A stretch of 64,000 bases of DNA, from assembly GCF_030684315.1 (NCBI RefSeq), contig NC_081360.1, positions 38,175,818 to 38,239,817 of the forward strand, in the 5' to 3' direction. How positions within the stretch are numbered: position 1 is the first letter of the stretch; each line of letters begins with the position of its first letter. Origin of the DNA: Stegostoma tigrinum. Taxonomy: Eukaryota. This document shows positions 12,402 through 25,155 of this stretch, one piece after another. Below the pieces are notes generated by a model. That model was not told the origin of the DNA. It did not search any database and saw only the letters and a program-made list of their open reading frames with translations. The translations under genes were made by a program, and so were the position numbers.

Positions 12402-12450
12402 ACGTATTTTACGTATTACATATTACAATTACGTATTACATATTACGTAT
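12402..12450 (+). repeat. Short degenerate 7-mer tandem repeat (TATTAC[AG])
   Basis: acgtattttacgtattacatattacaattacgtattacatattacgtat. Confidence 0.8.
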
Positions 12451-12614
12451 CTTTAAATTTGAAACCTGTTATTTTTATTTAGTATCTATTTGAATGGCAT
12501 TCTAACATCTACCCATATTGGATGCTGAGTGCAGTAGCAAAGAAATAAGGGACACCTCACCAGAAGAATAATGAAAATAATGATTAACATCAAAATAGAC
12601 GAGATAGGATAGAT

Positions 12615-12815
12615 CAAAAACAAAGCTGCTAGAAAAGCTCGGCCCATCTGGCAGCATCTGCGAAGGCAAAAAACAGAGTTAACATTTTGGGTCCTGTGAC
12701 CGGAAACATTAACTCTGTTTTCTCCTTCACAGATGCTGCCAGACCTGCTGAGCTTTTCCAGCAACTTTGTTCTCATTCCTGATTTACAGCATCTGCAGTT
12801 CTTTCAGTTTTTATT
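12615..12815. mobile_element. Palindromic mini-PLE family B
   Basis: Inverted arms joined inside hammerhead stem II; 14-bp TSD gagataggatagat (12601-12614) / gaggtaggatggat (12816-12829). Confidence 0.88.
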
Positions 12816-13219
12816 GAGGTAGGATGGATGTTGGCAAATCTATTGGCACTGGTTAGTGGGGGGTGGGGGCGTGGGATCTGGAGGAGTTTGGGAGAGTGAA
12901 TTTTACAGACAATAGAAGCTTTGTTGGAGAGCTGAGCCTATCTCCCAACAAATGGAGGTGAACCTCTAACCACCCTATATCTACACTCACACTCCTTCAA
13001 TGAATGCTGCACTGAAACTCAGAAGATCAAATCCTACCTACCCACATCTCCAGGAGAGAAAAATATAACAGATATGGGCAAAAGTGATGGGCCCAAGTTT
13101 CATAACTCAGGAAATCTCCCCAACCCATTGTAAAAGTCTAACACGTGGTTTCCATTGTCTTGGTGGTTACATCTCCTGGTTTGCGCTTCACTCAGTATGA
13201 GCTGCAGTTCCCTGCCGTC

Positions 13220-13910
13220 AGTCTTCACAATGGTATTGGAGCAGCCAATACAGCTGTACCTTAGATCTCTGATGAGAGATTAGAAAAGTAACAGCAGCAG
13301 CAACCCTACCAACAATCAGAGCAGTAGGTACAATACATACAGTGACACCACTTCCTTCACCTCAGCCATGTACCATTTCACAGGATAGGTGGGAAAGACA
13401 CAGAGGCACAGTCCCAAGAAGGGAACGCAGAGTGTACAGGCAGAGGACCAAATGCCTGGATATGCCTGAGCACCTCATGAGGCTCAAACATCAGGAGATG
13501 GCACAGTGATTCAGTGGTCAGCACTGCTACTTGTCAGTGCCAGGGACCCAGGTTTGATTCCAACCTCAGGCAATTGTCTGTGTGTAGTTTGCATATTCTC
13601 CTCATGTCTGTGAGGGGTTTTCTCCAGGTGTTCCAGTTTCTCCCACAGTTCACAGATGTGCAGTTAAGGTGGATTGGCCATGCTAGACTACCCATAGTGT
13701 CCAAGGATGTGCAGCCTAGGTGGATTAGCCATGGGAAAATGCAGGGTTACAGGGGTTGGGTTGGAGGGGTGGGCCTGGGTGGGATGCTCATTGAAGGGTT
13801 GGTGTGAACTTGATATCCCAATGGCCTGCTTCCACAGTATAAGGATTCAATGATCTATAGCAAGTGATTTGCAGCTTCCTGGAAGATTTACTTCCTGGTG
13901 GGCTAGATTG
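13220..13910 (+). pseudogene. PIF/Harbinger transposase N-terminal relic interrupted by a SINE
   Basis: 13429-13490 reads RVYRQRTKCLDMPEHLMRL, resuming DLQ/SFLEDLLPGG after the SINE; resembles HARBI1-like N-termini. Confidence 0.45.
13498..13855 (+). mobile_element. HE1-type V-SINE with duplicated V-domain segment
   Basis: tRNA head; gatgtgcag..aggtggatt.gccatg occurs twice (~13655 and ~13706). Confidence 0.9.
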
Positions 13911-15164
13911 GTGGATTGCTAGCTATATTTGAAGGGCTACCTTCCCACTTGTGCTCATCAGAGCTCTGTCTTTCTCAGGAATTGTGTGCTCGCATATCCT
14001 GCAAGGAGAGAAAGGGATGTGCTTTCGCTGTTAGAAATGGATTGAGTGGAAATGTGGCAATGATAATATTTATGAAGGAAATGTTTTACTTGCATGGCAG
14101 GAGAAGTTTACGAGTTAATAGCAAAGACAATTTCTTTGACAGACAGCTTCCTGACATGCTACAAGCCTCCTTGCTGCATTCAGGTCAATTACATTCAAAG
14201 TCTGCTCTGTATACAGTTCTATAGATATTCAAAATCATTCTATTTAACTGTGGTCATGGGTTCTCTACTCAGCATACTAATACATAAATACCTCAGTTGC
14301 ATCACATTAAAATACGAGGTCATTTACTATTTGTGGACCTCTTACTGTTAAAACTATGCTTAATGAATCTGCCTTCATTTTACAGTTGTTCAATTATGAA
14401 ATCTCATTTCAACAATGGAAAATACTATCTGGAAGTTAAAAAAAAGCTTGTTGTTCATGCATCAGTAATGGACATGTCATATTGAAAGACAGAGTGAAAG
14501 AATAATACTATCAGTGTGTGACTTATAAGGCTTTAGCCTAATTGCAATTTTCAGACGTTAATTTTAATGATGGATATGAAATAGTTTTAGACCTCTCTCC
14601 AACTCAAAGATTGGATTAAAACCTTGACAACGACTTACTCCAAACTACTTTTGTTTCTAAAATTCATATCAAGTTTGTTTTGTATTTGGAAGCTTTGGAT
14701 ATGAAAATACCATTGTTCCTGCTGATGGTTTTTTTTTCTCTTTGTTGTAAATGATGATAGGAAATCACATTATCCCCTTTTAAAATTATTTTCAAGTATT
14801 CTTATTGCAATTCTTCATTTTCCTGGAATTAGTTATAATATTTATTGCATTCTGGAAGAGTAATTCATGTTTTTAAAGTATGACTCCAAAACATTCAAAG
14901 AAAATAATTCACATGGACATTATTCCGTAGATACAAAAAATTAAAATTGCAAAAGTCTTAAATTTTGGAATTTGTTTAACAGTGTACTTCATATTTTATA
15001 ACTTCATTGCGGTGAAATGTTGTTGAATTCACCAGAGAAGTTGCTTGACCTGTACTAAATAATTCCAGCATTGATAGTGTGGGTTGGTAGATAAGCTTAG
15101 AGAAGATTCAACTTTTCCAAAGGTATTGAAGAGTATAAACTTAGATTTTTGTTTGTTTATAGGC

Positions 15165-18010
15165 TACCAGGGCAGAAATAGAAACTGAACTTGGAGCTCA
15201 ATATTCACATCAGAGAAACAGAAGTGGAATGCGATTTTGGGAGACTTCAACTTACTAGGAAAAGATTGGGAGCTCTGTAATGGGGCAAAGACAACACAAG
15301 TATTATTTGAGCAAGATGCTGTTTTGCTTTATAAATCAATTGGTTAAGGAATGTACACAAGAGGAAGCTGGTGCTGGGATACTATTCCAGATATGGATAA
15401 CAATCAAATGGTGTTAAACAACCTTCTGTTGAGGGTGCACCTTGAAAATGGTAATCACTATATGGTAGAGATCAAATTCAACCTTACTAAAGAGAAATTT
15501 TACAGGAATTTTCAACTTTGAAGAAATGGATTTTGAGAAAGTAAGAAGGAAACTAAATGTATAGTCATAATAACTTGATAAAAAAAAATACAAAGGAATT
15601 CAATGAGGATATTAGGAACCCATCATGGGAGATAGGGGCAAAAACATCCTTACTTCTTGTATAGATCTCGGAATCAAGAGCTGACGTGCAATATACCAGT
15701 GCTTAAGAAAGTGATCAGGTCAGCTAAAATAGAGGAACAATGGTAACATTTCAGAACTAAAAAGCATAATATGCGAGATTTTTGTGGATTTAAACAAGGA
15801 AGGAGCTGAGAATACAATTGATTCCCTGATGTAAATTATTGGAGATAACAAATATGATCATTCTTTCTGTCATGTCCATGAGTGTAGTTTTCTCAACATA
15901 GATGAATTTTCAGGGCAAGATAGGGAACTATTAAAAATAACTTACAAAAGATGATAGACTGAGGACATTGAAAGAAAACAAGGCTCCTGCAAGAACAATT
16001 AAGTAAACAGGGAAAAAATGAATGAATCTGGCTGCATCCTGTTGTGGTCTTTGAGGATTCATTGCAAATAGGCATGGAGTCTGATGAGTAGAAACAGTCA
16101 CCTTGCTAGCATAATTGAGGAAGCAACTAATAAGATTCATCACATCCTGATGGGCTTGTCAGAAAATCAGAAGAAACACAAGTTTAATTGGTTTAATAGA
16201 AAGGAATATAAAGAAATCCTTCTGAAATACAGAACACTGTACTGAATCTGATATTGTTAAAAGCTTAAACATTAGAGGGAATCTTGCAACAAGCTTTGTT
16301 GAGGTATCTAGAAATTATGAACAAAAGAGTTACATAGCTTTTTTGGAAGGTAAGTCATTGTCTGCCAAACCTGTTAAGAAGAGATCAGTGTATGTTGCGC
16401 ATTTAGATTGTATTAATACAGTGGTGCACAGAAGCTTACAGGATTTGGAGGAATTGGAAGAATGTTGCAGAAGTGATTAACTGGAAGATTAACAAAGCCA
16501 GATGAACACAGATGAGAAGTGCAAGGATATGTGTTAATTTAGAAATAGGTGACCTGCAAAGCACCTTGGGGTCAATATACGGGCCATTATTGTTTGATCC
16601 AGATCAGAGCATTGTAGATGAGGCAAAAATCGACCCACTAAAATTTATGATACCAATCCAGAGAGCAGGATGGAGGAAATGAAGATGTTGGGAGTGTAAA
16701 AATAACGATAAGAAATTATATTTGTAAATCAACTTTAAAAATAATGAGCTGTCCTGAGACACTTCACAAGAAGATGAGAAGATATTACTTCAGATGACCA
16801 AAAACATAGTTAAAGCCTAAGTGCTTAAAGAAGTGTCGTAAAGGGAACAAGTGAAGTATGGAATCATAAAGGTATAGGAAGTGAATTCCAGATCTTGGAG
16901 CTTAACTGAAACCATGGCTACCAGTAGTGGAGCAATCATGATTGTGAATGCAATTCAGAATTAGAGAAACACAGATAACTTGGACAGTGGTAGGATTCAA
17001 AGAGATTACAGAGAGCAGGAAGGATAAAACACAGTCTCAATTTGAATACAAGAATGAGAATTTTCCAATCAAGTCAATGTATATCAGCAAGATTGGGATG
17101 ATAGGTGAATGGGACTTGTTACAAGTTAAGATATTGGCTGCTGTGTAGTGGTGTGATCTCAGTGTATAGAGGATGGAATGTGGGAGTCCAGTCACAACCA
17201 CATTGGAGTAGTCAAGCCTTGAGGTATTGAAGACATGGATTTGGATTTCATCAGCAAATAAACTGAGTCAGGAATGAAATCAAACAATGTTAAAGAGGTG
17301 AAAATAGGCAGTCTTAGAGGCATGAATATGAGGTTGGACATTTTTCTCAGAATCACTTGGGACACTGGAGTCATGAGTAACAGGGCTTCATCTCAGACTC
17401 TTACTATGGAAAAAGATGGAGTCAGTAGTTAAGAAATACAGTTTGGAGCAGGGAATAAAAACACCGGTTTCATTCTTAAAATGGCAGAAATCTCTGCTCA
17501 TCCAGTGTTGGATATCAATTAAGCAACCTGATAACTGAGCAACACCGGAACAGATTAAATATGTGGTATTGAGGTAGAGCTGGGTGTCATCAGTGGAAAC
17601 TGATGCTGCACCTTCAAACTATGTTGCAAAGGAGCATTGTATAAGATGAGAAATAGGAGGGATCAAGGATTGGTCCTTAGCAGACAGTAGAAGTATTGAG
17701 GGAATAGGAAGAGAAGCCATTAAAAGTGATTCTCTAGTTATGATTAGATCAATAAAAGTGGAAATATACGAGAGCAGTCCTATGAAGCTGAGAGAGATTT
17801 AGATCATTTGAGAAGTCAGATTGACAAGTAACTGACTGTTTAATATGAATAACGAAAAAGTAATGAGACCGGAAGAGGGAGCAATTTGTGAAAATTAGGA
17901 AATAAACACATTAAGATGCAGTACAGGAAAACAGAGAACTCACAGAAACCAAGTAATTTCTTATGATGTGCAGCTAGAATTAATGATAATTGGCTAAAAA
18001 CTATCAGAAC
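15165..18010 (+). mobile_element. Ancient, heavily decayed CR1 LINE (endonuclease to RT), split by an L2
   Basis: ggagacttcaactta (GDFNL) ~15240; tcattgtctgccaaacctg ~16356; aaatttatgatacc (KF.DDT) ~16641; resumes agagatttagatcattt (RDLDHL) ~17793. Confidence 0.6.
16735..17785 (-). mobile_element. L2 LINE 3' fragment
   Basis: Reverse complement of 17571-17595 encodes TDDTQLYL, the L2 YADDTQLY motif. Confidence 0.7.
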
Positions 18011-18689
18011 TTGGGTGGAGGAGTTAGAATTTGTGACCTGTTCATGGCAGTCCTGGTGGTAGGCAACACATTTCAGTTATTGTCTCATAGAACAGAGTTC
18101 TCCTGTGCTGCTGCCTGTGCATTGAGCAAGGATCGGATAAATGTTGAGTGATATTCCATGGTGTAGCCAGCCTTCTGCTCCTAAAGGCAGTTTGTCCATG
18201 GGAAAGGGAAGCTGCACTGAACGCCAGGATACCTTTGCTGATTACTATTATTGTGATTCTAAAGAAGGAAATTTGAACACCAGAGAGAGGTTCCCAGTTC
18301 TCAGCTGGTGCAAAAGGTCAGTGATTTTTCAGGGAGGCAGGAACTGCTCCACAGATCCCAGATCTCTGAACGGATCAGAAGCATGTGATCAACACTATCG
18401 ATTACAGTATCTTGACCCACTGATCTGCAGTTGTGCTATATGTTGAAAGTCAGTGAATGCATTCACGTGACACATCTTACCAACAAAAATGCCAGGTTTT
18501 CTCCCTATCATTCAGCCTGCAACAATCTCCAGAACTTGGGACTTGTACTTACAATCCAGATCCTGTGTATTACCCAAACAGTATTTGTTTCTGCAGGCTC
18601 ACACCTATCTCTTGCAATTCCATATAATTTAACTATTCAGTGAAGGCAGAAACATTCCCTAAATAGCATACCAAACATCTATTAGTGCT

Positions 18690-18832
18690 CTTTAAGACAT
18701 TGATGCATTTTTAGATAGTAAAGGCATGAAAGAGAATGGAGAAAAAGCAGGAGTATGGTATTGAGTGTCAGCCATGACTACATTGAATGGCAGTTGAAAC
18801 TTAAAGAGTTGAACAGTTACTTCTGCTCCTAC
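18690..18832 (+). mobile_element. CR1 3' end fragment
   Basis: tcagccatgactacattgaatggcag...acttctgctcctac; similar to ~40070-40200 and ~53290-53450. Confidence 0.75.
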
Positions 18833-19116
18833 AGACAATGCTAACATTGCTCTTGCAGGACAAGCAGGCATAAAATAAAATGGAGAAAAGCAGAATTGGC
18901 AGGGGTCAAGGACATATGCATATCCTGTATCCAAGAGGGCAAATACCTTTCCACTGGTCCTGTTGAATATCCAGGCATAAGTGGGCTGATCAGGCGGGAC
19001 GATATTCATAGACCAGCTCACAGCAAAGTGAAGGCAGGGACGTGATCTTCTACAGCCATTTCAGATGAGGACCTTAATGTAAGCAGGAAAGTGTTGGTGA
19101 TCATGAACATTAATAT

Positions 19117-20595
19117 TAGAACATGATAAATAGGAACAGGAGGAGTGCATTCAGTCCATTGATACTACTCTGTCAACCAACAGGATCATGGCTGATCTGA
19201 CACTACTCATGTACACTTTCCTGTCCTTTCCCCATAACCCCTGTTTCCCCAAGTGATCAAGAATCTACCTACCTCAACCTTAAGTATACACAAGAACCCT
19301 ACACCCACAGTTCTCTGTGGCAAGGAGTTTCAAAGACTTCACAGCCTTCTGAGAGATGAAATTCCTCCTCATCTCAGTCTTAAATTGTTGTACCTTTACT
19401 CTGAGCTTATCCCTTCTGATCTTAGACTTTTCATGAGGGGAAATATCTTCTCAGCAGTTACCCTATCAAGCCCCTTAAGAATGAGATCACCTTTCATTCT
19501 TCTAAATTCTAGTGAGTAGAGTCCCAACCTGTTTATATTTTGCTCATAAGCTCCATATAAGGCATCATCCTAGTGAACCTTCACTGAACTGCCTCTAATG
19601 AAATAATATATTTCTTTAAATAAGAGGATCAAAACTATTCACATAACTCCAGTGTGGTCCTACTAAGACCTTGCAAAACTGCAGTAAGACTTCCCTATCT
19701 TACACTCCAACTTCCTTGAAATAAGGGCCAACATTCCATTAGCCTGCTTGATTATCTGCTGCACCTATATACTAACTTTCTGTGTTTTATGCACCGTTTT
19801 CCCCAGGTTCCATTGTTCTGCATCTTTCTGCAGCTTTTCTCCATTCAAATAATACTCTGATCTTCTGTTCTCCCTTGCAAAATGAATAACTTGACATTTT
19901 CCCATATTATATGTCATTTTTCAACTTGTTGCCCCACTTAGTTAACACATCAATATATCTCTGTAAATGGCTTGTATCTCCTTCACAACTTGCCTTTTCA
20001 TCTATCTTTGTGTTGTCTTCATATCCGGCTACAGTGCTTCCTTCCTCTAAGTCATTAATATATTGTGAATAGTAGAAGTCTCAACACTGATCTCTGTGGA
20101 ACCCCACTTGTTATGGGTTGCCAACCTACAGAAAAAAAACCTTATTCCCACTCACTTTTTCCTGTCACTACCACTTCTCAATCCATGCCAATACACTACC
20201 CACAGCACAATAGGCCCTTATGTTATGACTTAATCTTTTCTGAGGTGCCTTGCTGAATGCCTTTTGGAAGCCTAAATGCAACACGTCCACTGATTCGTCT
20301 CTATCAGCTCTGGTTGAGGATTACTCCAAAAATGTTAATAAGTTAGTCAGATGATTTTCCCGCATACTGACACTGCTTGGTTAGATTATGAGTTTCCAAA
20401 TGTACTGCTACTATCTCCCTTAATTATTGATTGTAACAGTTTTCCAACAATAGATGTTAGGCTAATCAGCTGCTTATTGCTTCCCTTCCTTGTTGAAAAA
20501 GGGTGTCGCATTGACAGTTTTCCAGTCCTCCTGTAGTTCTCTAGAATACAAGGATTTTTGGAAAATTACAACCAATGCATCCACTATCTTTGGGT
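19117..20595 (-). mobile_element. CR1 LINE, decayed, 5'-truncated
   Basis: CR1 3' terminus at 19117; homology to the plus-strand CR1 at 39095-40215; RT-region remnants to ~20590. Confidence 0.85.
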
Positions 20596-21395
20596 GACAG
20601 CCTTCTGTCATGTTTATAACAGAATGAAGGAGACTCGCTCCGAGTTAGCAAAGGGCATTGTACAGAGTTTGCCGTCTCCTCAGCCTGTTACTCCATCTGC
20701 CTGCTATAAAACAGAGTGGTCACTGCAGTTACAGACCTTCAACATTTTTCAACTATTGCATAGTCCTCTCCCTCTTCCATTGAGGGAATTGGAGCATCAC
20801 CCCCACACATACAATCTCACACGACAAGGCCTCTCCTCAGTACTAAAGACCTCAAGACCACTGAAATTCAACAAGAAAATCAAGTACTTTTGAATTGCAG
20901 TCACCTTCCTAATGTGGGAAATGCAGACAGAAATTTGTGTGCAGCAAAGCTAGAGGTGGTTTGAGTTGTTCCTTAAATTCTGAGGCTTACAATTGACAAA
21001 TTAAATCCAACATATTTATTGTAATTAAATAGAACTTAAAATAAAACAATTTTTATTAAATCAGACAACTGTTCCCCAGGTGGTCGGTCTGAGCAAGACT
21101 CATATCTTTCCACTTAGGTTTATCTGGACTTTTGTATTGATATGTAACCACTGTCTGTGCCATTTGGCCCTTTTCAGGGGTCTGCAAACATCATGAGCAA
21201 TGAATATAAATAATCACATGCGCAATACTCTTTGGGTACGTAGATTTTTAAGTTAGCTACATGATTGCGGTTGTTTGGTTAGTGTATTTCCAAATTTGTT
21301 CTGCACAAGCTTAGCTAGATAAGGAAATTTTTGTCTCACTGTGATTACCTCTGGTTTTGATTAGTTTCCTGCAATTAACTGTTCTACTTCAACTC

Positions 21396-21503
21396 AAATT
21401 GTCCTATTCAATGTAAATTGCCCTATTAAGTGGAAATTGCCCTCTTTAGTGTAAACTGTCAATTCAGTATGAATTGTCCTATTCACTCTAAAATGTTTTA
21501 TTT
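21396..21503 (+). repeat. 19-bp minisatellite, ~5.5 copies (aaattgYcctattcagtgt)
   Basis: Units aaattgtcctattcaatgt / aaattgccctattaagtgg / aaattgccctctttagtgt / aaactgtcaattcagtat / gaattgtcctattcactct. Confidence 0.85.
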
Positions 21504-21639
21504 GCTTCACTTCTGGAAGAGAACACATTTTTTTGGAACAATACACTGAAATGGAAGTTAGATAGATATAATTGAAATATCATGTTAGCTTTGCAACTTA
21601 AAAACAATCAAGTGCTGCATATATTGTTGAACTGCACAA

Positions 21640-22357
21640 TATTATGTTGCTTTTTGAAGCAATAAGAGGAAGAATTCAAGACTGAGCACACTGAAAGTAT
21701 TTTTATATTAAGGATTTTGGCTTCTGATTAGTTGAGCATTGTGCTAAAATGCAGTCAGTGCTATGAGCAGCGGGGGGCGGAGACATCCAGAGACAGCGGA
21801 CAGCAATCACCCATCTCTCCCTTTCTCTCTCCTGTGAAGAATGTACTGAAAAACCAAGAAAGCTAAGAAGAAAAAATTCACACAAGAGAAAAGCTTTATG
21901 CCCACCTGCTGAACAATTAAATTGAAGTGCAACCAACACCCTAGAGACCACACTGCATGCCATCATTGCCACAATCAAAGGAACTATAAGAAAATAACTT
22001 CCTATCTTGTGTTCTGGACATGTGAACTTTGGAATTTTATTTACTTTGATGTGTGTGTGTATAGGTTTTTAACGAACAGTCCTTAAGTTGTATAAATTAG
22101 AAATCCTTCCTTTTGTTTGTTCTTGTTCAGAGTTAAGTGTGTTACAAAAAATAGATTAAATAAATAGAATAAAATTATGTTCTGTTAATGACAAAACCCC
22201 TGAAGAGAATTGCTCTTGTCCTGAACACTAAGCAATCAGGCAAATTGGTCAGTTTGGTGCTCTCACTTCAATCTTATACATTTATACATGTTGTGGCAGC
22301 TTGTGGAACAGTAGGGTATGATTATCGGAGCTCTCTTTCTAGTTAAGTTGTGGCACC
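21640..22357 (+). mobile_element. Probable decayed solo LTR
   Basis: LTR-like layout (GC box, TG tract, AATAAA at ~22168, 3' end tgtggaacagtaggg...gttgtggca); no TSD confirmed. Confidence 0.4.
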
Positions 22358-23461
22358 TTATATCACTGTACAACCACCATCCTGGTTCTGAATATATGCT
22401 CTGAACTCACCTGTCTGCTAATCCTTTCCACACAAAGTCCTACAAAATAAAAATGTGCTAATGATCAGTCATTCTATGATAAGTGCTTTTGGTTGAAGGA
22501 TCTGTACGAACCAGGTTACCAGAATCATTCCTTCTCTTGAGCCAGAAAGTTTTCCTCCCTGATATGCTGAGAAATGGTGAGAAATGTGGGAAAATGTGAC
22601 ATTGAAAAAAATATCAGATTCTCAACTTCAAGAAAAATAGTTCTGATTTTCTCCTCAAGCCTTAAGTGGAAACATCAAAATCTCACCATTGAACCCAACT
22701 ACATCACTTTCATGCATCAGCATCTGATTAAAACCCCATTCGCTTTATATATGTACCGCTTCTAACTTTTTCTCCACTGAGAAACAAGACAGTGCAAGCT
22801 CCCTACCCATAAAACAGAGCAGGTACCTAACGGCTTCAGCTCATGCACTGCTTCCTCAGGTATTCCTGCATGCTACATGATTCCCATCCTCCTTGACATT
22901 TTGTCTTGGTAATTCAGCATCGGCAAACCACCAGACTCAATACAACGTTAGACCTGGTTTTTGACCAACACAAACAGTGCTTCAGCCATTTAGCATTTTC
23001 TTTGGAGTACACAGATGCTTGCAACTTGCATGCTCTGCTAGGTCACTCTGGGTGCAGGGACTCATAAGAATCTCACGCTTCTACATTGGGTGTTTTTGCA
23101 TTCCCATGGAAACATGCATCTTATGACTATTAGTTTGCTTTCCTAGGACTCACACATCTTAGCACTTTGCTGGAGGGCGCATCTGTATGAGTTGCATGGA
23201 TTTCTTAGTGCACACAGTCTTCAGTGCTTAGTTACTTGCTGTCAGCTTCTCTCCACTTCTTACTGCAAACTGGCTTCAGCACAAACCTTCAGGCATCTAG
23301 CCTGCATGTGGTTCGCATTGCTGTACTTTTATTTTAACTCAATCTGTTAGGACATGTTATGACACATCTGTGTGGCAGGATGAAATGAATGCTAGACTTT
23401 TAGATCTAGAGATATGGACACTACAACTATATTACAAGACCCCTTTCACATTGTTTTCTGA

Positions 23462-25155
23462 GTAGAGTCAGAGCCTTGGAAACAGACCCTTTGGTCCATG
23501 CTGACCAAATATCCATCCACGCTAACCAAATTTCCCTGTACGTGGCCTATATCCTTCTAACCCTTTCCTATCCATGTATTCATCTAAATGCCTCTTAAAT
23601 ATTGTTAATATACCCACTTCAACCACTTCTGCTGGCAGGTCATTCCATATGTGTGCCACCCTCTGTGTAAAAAAGTTGGCCCTCAGGTTCCCATGCATTC
23701 TTTCCCCTCTTACCTTAAACTGATGCCTTCTAGTTCTTGACTCCCCAATCCTGGGGAAAGGGCTGAGTGCATTTACCCTATCCATGCCTCTCATGATATT
23801 ATACACTTCTATAAAATCCCCCTCAGTCTCCTCCACTCTAAAGAAAAATGCCCTGGTTTGTCCAACCTCTCCCTATAACTCAGTCCCTTGAGTCCTGGCA
23901 ATATCCTTGTAAATTTCTTCTGCATTCTTCCCAGTTTAGTAACATCCTTCTCATAGCAAGATGACTAAAACTGAACACAATATTCCAAGTGTGGCCTCAC
24001 CAACATCCTGTACCAATACAACATAACTTCCCAATTTCTATACTCAATGCCCTGGACTGACAAAGGCCAGTATGCCAAAAGCCTTCTTCACTGCCCTGTC
24101 TACTTTTGACTCAACTTTCAGAGAACCATGCACCTGAACTCCAAGGTCCCTGTCTTCCACTACACTTCTTAAGGCCCTACCATTCACCACAAGACTCCTA
24201 CCTTGATTTGACCTTCTAAAATGCAACACCTCACACATCTATATTAAACTCTATTTGCCATTGCTCGGCCCACTCCCTCAGCTGATCAAGATCTTGCTAC
24301 CATTTCTGATAACCTTCCTCACTGTCCATGATACCGTCTCTTTTAGTATCATCAGCAAACTAACTAATCATGCCTTGTACATTTTCATCCAAATCATTGA
24401 TGTAGATAACAAACAGCAATGGGCTCAGCACCGACCCCTGAGGCACACCACTAGTCACAGGTCTCCTGTCAGACAAGCATTCTTCTACTATTATCCTCTG
24501 CTCCCTACTATCAAGCTAATTGTGTATCCAATTTGCCAGCTCTCCCTGGATTCCATGTGATCTAACCTTCTAGAACAGCCTACCATGTGGAACCTTATCA
24601 AAGGCCTTTCTGAAATCCTTATAGAATAAGTCTACAGCCATGACCTCATCAATCTTCCTGGTCACTTCATCAAAGAAGTCTAACCAACTTGTGAGGCATG
24701 ATCTCCCACGCACAAAGCCATGCTGACTACTCCTAATCAAACTCTGTCTTTCCAAATGTATGTATAGCTTATCCCTTAGAATCTTCTCATGTAACTTACC
24801 TACCACAGAAGTTAAGCATACTGGTCTATAATTCCCAGGTTTTTCTTCACAGCCCTTCTTGAATAAGGTCACAATATTCGCTGCCCTCCAGTCTTCCAGA
24901 TCTCACGCATGGCTAACAATGATGCAAATATATCAGCCAGGGTGCCGCCATTTTTTCTCTAGCCTCTTGCAGAGTTCTTGGATATGTCTGGTCAGGTCCA
25001 GGAGATTTACCACCTTCATACACTCTAATGCTTCTAACACCTCCTCTGCTGTGATATGGACTGTCTCCAAGATGTCATCATTAACTCCCCCAAGCTCCTA
25101 ACTCTTCATGTCTTTCTCCATGATATGCACAGAGGAGAAATATTCATTGAAGGCC
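23462..25155 (-). mobile_element. CR1 (HER1-like) LINE, 5'-truncated; same subfamily as 4510-5840
   Basis: PGNYRPVCLTSVVGKL, SQHGFVRGRSCLT, DFRKAFDKVPHGRL, NFFTQRVAHIWNDLP. Confidence 0.95.

Noticed and set aside
21396-21503. CRISPR-like array
   Set aside because: Contiguous tandem units with no spacers, in a vertebrate context
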